Source of the DNA: Halocafeteria seosinensis
Lineage: Eukaryota
Reading direction: 5' to 3'
DNA: 64,000 nucleotides
Assembly: GCA_001687465.1 (NCBI GenBank)
Contig: LVLI01000156.1
Location: forward strand, 62,001-126,000
The notes beneath the pieces were generated by a model, which was not told the origin of the DNA, ran no database searches, and worked only from the letters and a program-made list of their open reading frames with translations. Position 1 is the stretch's first letter. Every line of letters begins with the position of its first letter. The translations under genes were made by a program, and so were the position numbers. Positions 60,375 through 64,000 of the stretch are shown piece by piece.

Positions 60375-61795
60375 ATGGAGGTTTCGATGCTTGTTGAGAA
60401 GCCGACGCAGCTGAGCGCCAGTCATTGGCCATGTATCGACACGACCGCTAACTATGAGTATTTTGGGGTAGGCTTCCGCACTCCGATGGAGTCACCCTTG
60501 TTGCTTGTTGCAAGAGCTAGACACAAATGCAGAAGCCGCATGCCAACGCAGTTGAGTTCACCATCGCTGATGAAGCCATATGGTGTTCAGAGAGTATCGG
60601 TGCAAGGAAGAATAAGCTTGTGCTACTCACCGTTAAGGCTGACAGCAAAGGCCAACTCTCCCAAGTCAAAACAGTTGCACCACACAGTAGTTCACCTGTT
60701 TACCGGTATCTTGGAACAGTTGTTTCAACAATAGTGACACCTTTGGCCGAAAACCACACCAACGTATTTCACCGTGCAATTTGCACTCAACTTGCGCCCA
60801 GCAGTTTGACTGGCCCATGGGTTGTGACTCTGAGTCAGGCGTTTACCCTCATTGACAGAGAAAGTGATACGATTGTTACGCATGTTTCTCTCGCGCAATT
60901 AGTTCAATGTGCATAGGTCTGCATGGTACATCCGTGAGCTCATTATTATGGTGGACGAAACAGGTAAAATATGATTTGTGAAGATAGATCGGGACTCCTG
61001 CATTCACTGACGTCAATATGCTCATGTAATGAACCATTCTCATACATTTCTGACTCCATCGTGCCCTTTGTGTTTGCTGCAGTATACCGGCATCAGCATT
61101 CAATCGATCCTCCATTCTGCTGGAAAGGCACTGTGGTGAAAGGCTTCCGACGTGGGTCTTCAGAACTGGGGATTCCCACAGCGAACTTGGACCCTGATGA
61201 GGTAGGACAGAATTCAGATAAAGTTCCCACGGGAGTATACGCAGGCTGGGCGAGCTTTGGATCAGATACAACAGTATATAAAATGGTGTTGAATATAGGA
61301 TGGTACGTCGTCAACTGCTTCTCGGCGAACACCTCGGAATGCTTGAGTCGTGCATCTGTTGTAATGTCGACAATGAGTGTTTGATATTTCAACACAGGAA
61401 TCCGTATTATAAGAACGACAAAAAGACAATTGTACGTTCCCGGAAACGCTCTTCAGAGTAGAGAGCTTCTGTGTCACCCACTCTGAAACAACTCCGCAAT
61501 CAACTTGCAGGAACCACATCTCCTGGCTAAATTTGAAGAAGACTTTTACGGGGAGGAACTGCGACTGGTGGTAACCGAGTACCTCCGAGGTGAAGCGAAT
61601 TTTTCTTCACTTGGTAAGTTGACTATTCGTGGCATGACGACAGTTGTGAAATTCTAGATGCAACCTGATCTCTCAGAGGATTTAATTGGTACAATACATG
61701 AAGATATTCGAAGGACGGAAGAGTTGTTGAGGCAAGAAAAACACCTGAACTGTCGAACGCACAGCTTTCTTGTTGGACCGAGCGCAACAAGTTGA
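60375..61795 (+). CDS. RFK: Riboflavin kinase with uncharacterised N-terminal extension (5' structure uncertain)
   Basis: GTVVKGFRRGSSELGIPTANL, GVYAGWA, MVLNIGW-NPYYKN.KKT, EPHLL..FEEDFYGEEL, YLRGE.NF.SL and LI.TI..DI. Confidence 0.85.
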
Positions 61796-62162
61796 CTCCG
61801 ATAAACACAGGTTGGCGAAGTTGACGAATAGAAACCGAAGCTGGCGAAGGAGTCGGGTATGACCAACAAGTACACAGGAGCACCACTTTGCATCTATTGG
61901 AAGTCAACTGGGATGTATCTTAGGCTGCAGGGCAAGACTGCGTCCGCCTATAAGTGTTACACCGTGTACTACGTGACGGCGTGTAGTGCGGTGGAGCATG
62001 TGAATTGAATTTTCGCTAGCTCTGCTGCACAGATTTTGCGCGGTGGCACCTGCTTTCTATCCCGTGCTTGCGAGTCTTTCGTAATTATGTATGCATAACG
62101 TTGATCCATGTTTGTAGCGTTCCGACGTTGTATAGTTGAGAAATCTCTCCACGTGGAGCGCT

Positions 62163-62729
62163 CTATTTTCTTTTTAGCTTTTCTTCAAGCTCAATTTTTT
62201 CGTAGAGAAGTTGGCGGTATCTATACACAACGATCCAACAAGTGAAGGCGAATCCCGCTATCCATGCATTTCGTTCAGCTCTCCACTTCTTTGGCAACAT
62301 TTCATCAGCGCGAACCGTCGCGGTATGTTTGAGTTCAGAATACTCTCTCATTCTCGTGTGAGCGGTATACACGCTCTCCAGGAAGGTCACTGACGCTATA
62401 CCAAATACCAATGAGATCAGGGGGAAGGAAAATGAACCAATAGACACTCTGCATACAACAGAATCAACCGAAATACCCCTAGGTTGAAGCTGCTGCCAAG
62501 CTAGAGCGACACTTACGTAAAGAAGAGCGTATAGTCACAAAACTTTAACGTCACTCTTCGAACCACTGCAGGCATGGGCAGTACCAGTATCCCCACGAGT
62601 ATGATGGCCGGCTGTAACCATGTGAAAAGTCCAACCAAAAATTACCCTCTCAGCAACCAGTGAGAAGTGTAAAACAGCAGCAACCCTTACCACAAAGATG
62701 ATCCAGGCAAAGAAGTTGAAATAACTCAT
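62163..62729 (-). CDS. BAP29/BAP31-family ER membrane protein
   Basis: Hydrophobic segments, KKWRAERNAWIAGF and a C-terminal KLKRK di-lysine-type ER retrieval signal. Confidence 0.75.
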
Positions 62730-62863
62730 TTTTAATTTCCTTCTTTTTATTTTGTAGATGAAAGTAAATCGTAAATAGAATTGTATTCAAGAAGGTCTGT
62801 TCGATTCGGGGAAAAGTCACAACTCAAACTATGTATACCAACTACAACTCCGAATGCGAGTTA

Positions 62864-64000
<1,137 letters not shown>

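Overview
This is compact, gene-dense eukaryotic nuclear DNA with short GT-AG introns (mostly about 50-130 nt) and the standard genetic code. The host is probably a flagellated protist (it has enkurin and an NWE-motif ciliary protein); the lineage cannot be fixed from sequence alone. About 28 protein genes can be read. Recognisable ones include a type II peroxiredoxin, DDX23/PRP28, AP4S1, carbonyl reductase, RanGAP, RED/IK, cardiolipin synthase, PEX5, enkurin, RBM22, a PH-C2-myotubularin, RIT1, riboflavin kinase, BAP31 and the 3' part of MCM5. I found no rRNA, tRNA, CRISPR array or canonical transposase. The most unusual items are: (1) a membrane-anchored P-loop ATPase gene interrupted by an in-frame TGA just before Walker A, inside a 2.3 kb unit whose sequence blocks recur in the same order as a 0.5 kb copy 10 kb away; (2) an intronless type II membrane protein ending in a PKDCC/POMK-like secretory-pathway kinase domain; (3) an RBM22 that has lost three of its four CCCH zinc ligands; (4) an ACTTCAA motif about 90-235 bp upstream of ten genes; (5) decayed gene relics (GT31 glycosyltransferase, kinase, possible F-box) in the long intergenic gaps. 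Family calls come from motif recognition by eye with no database search. Exon boundaries are inferred.
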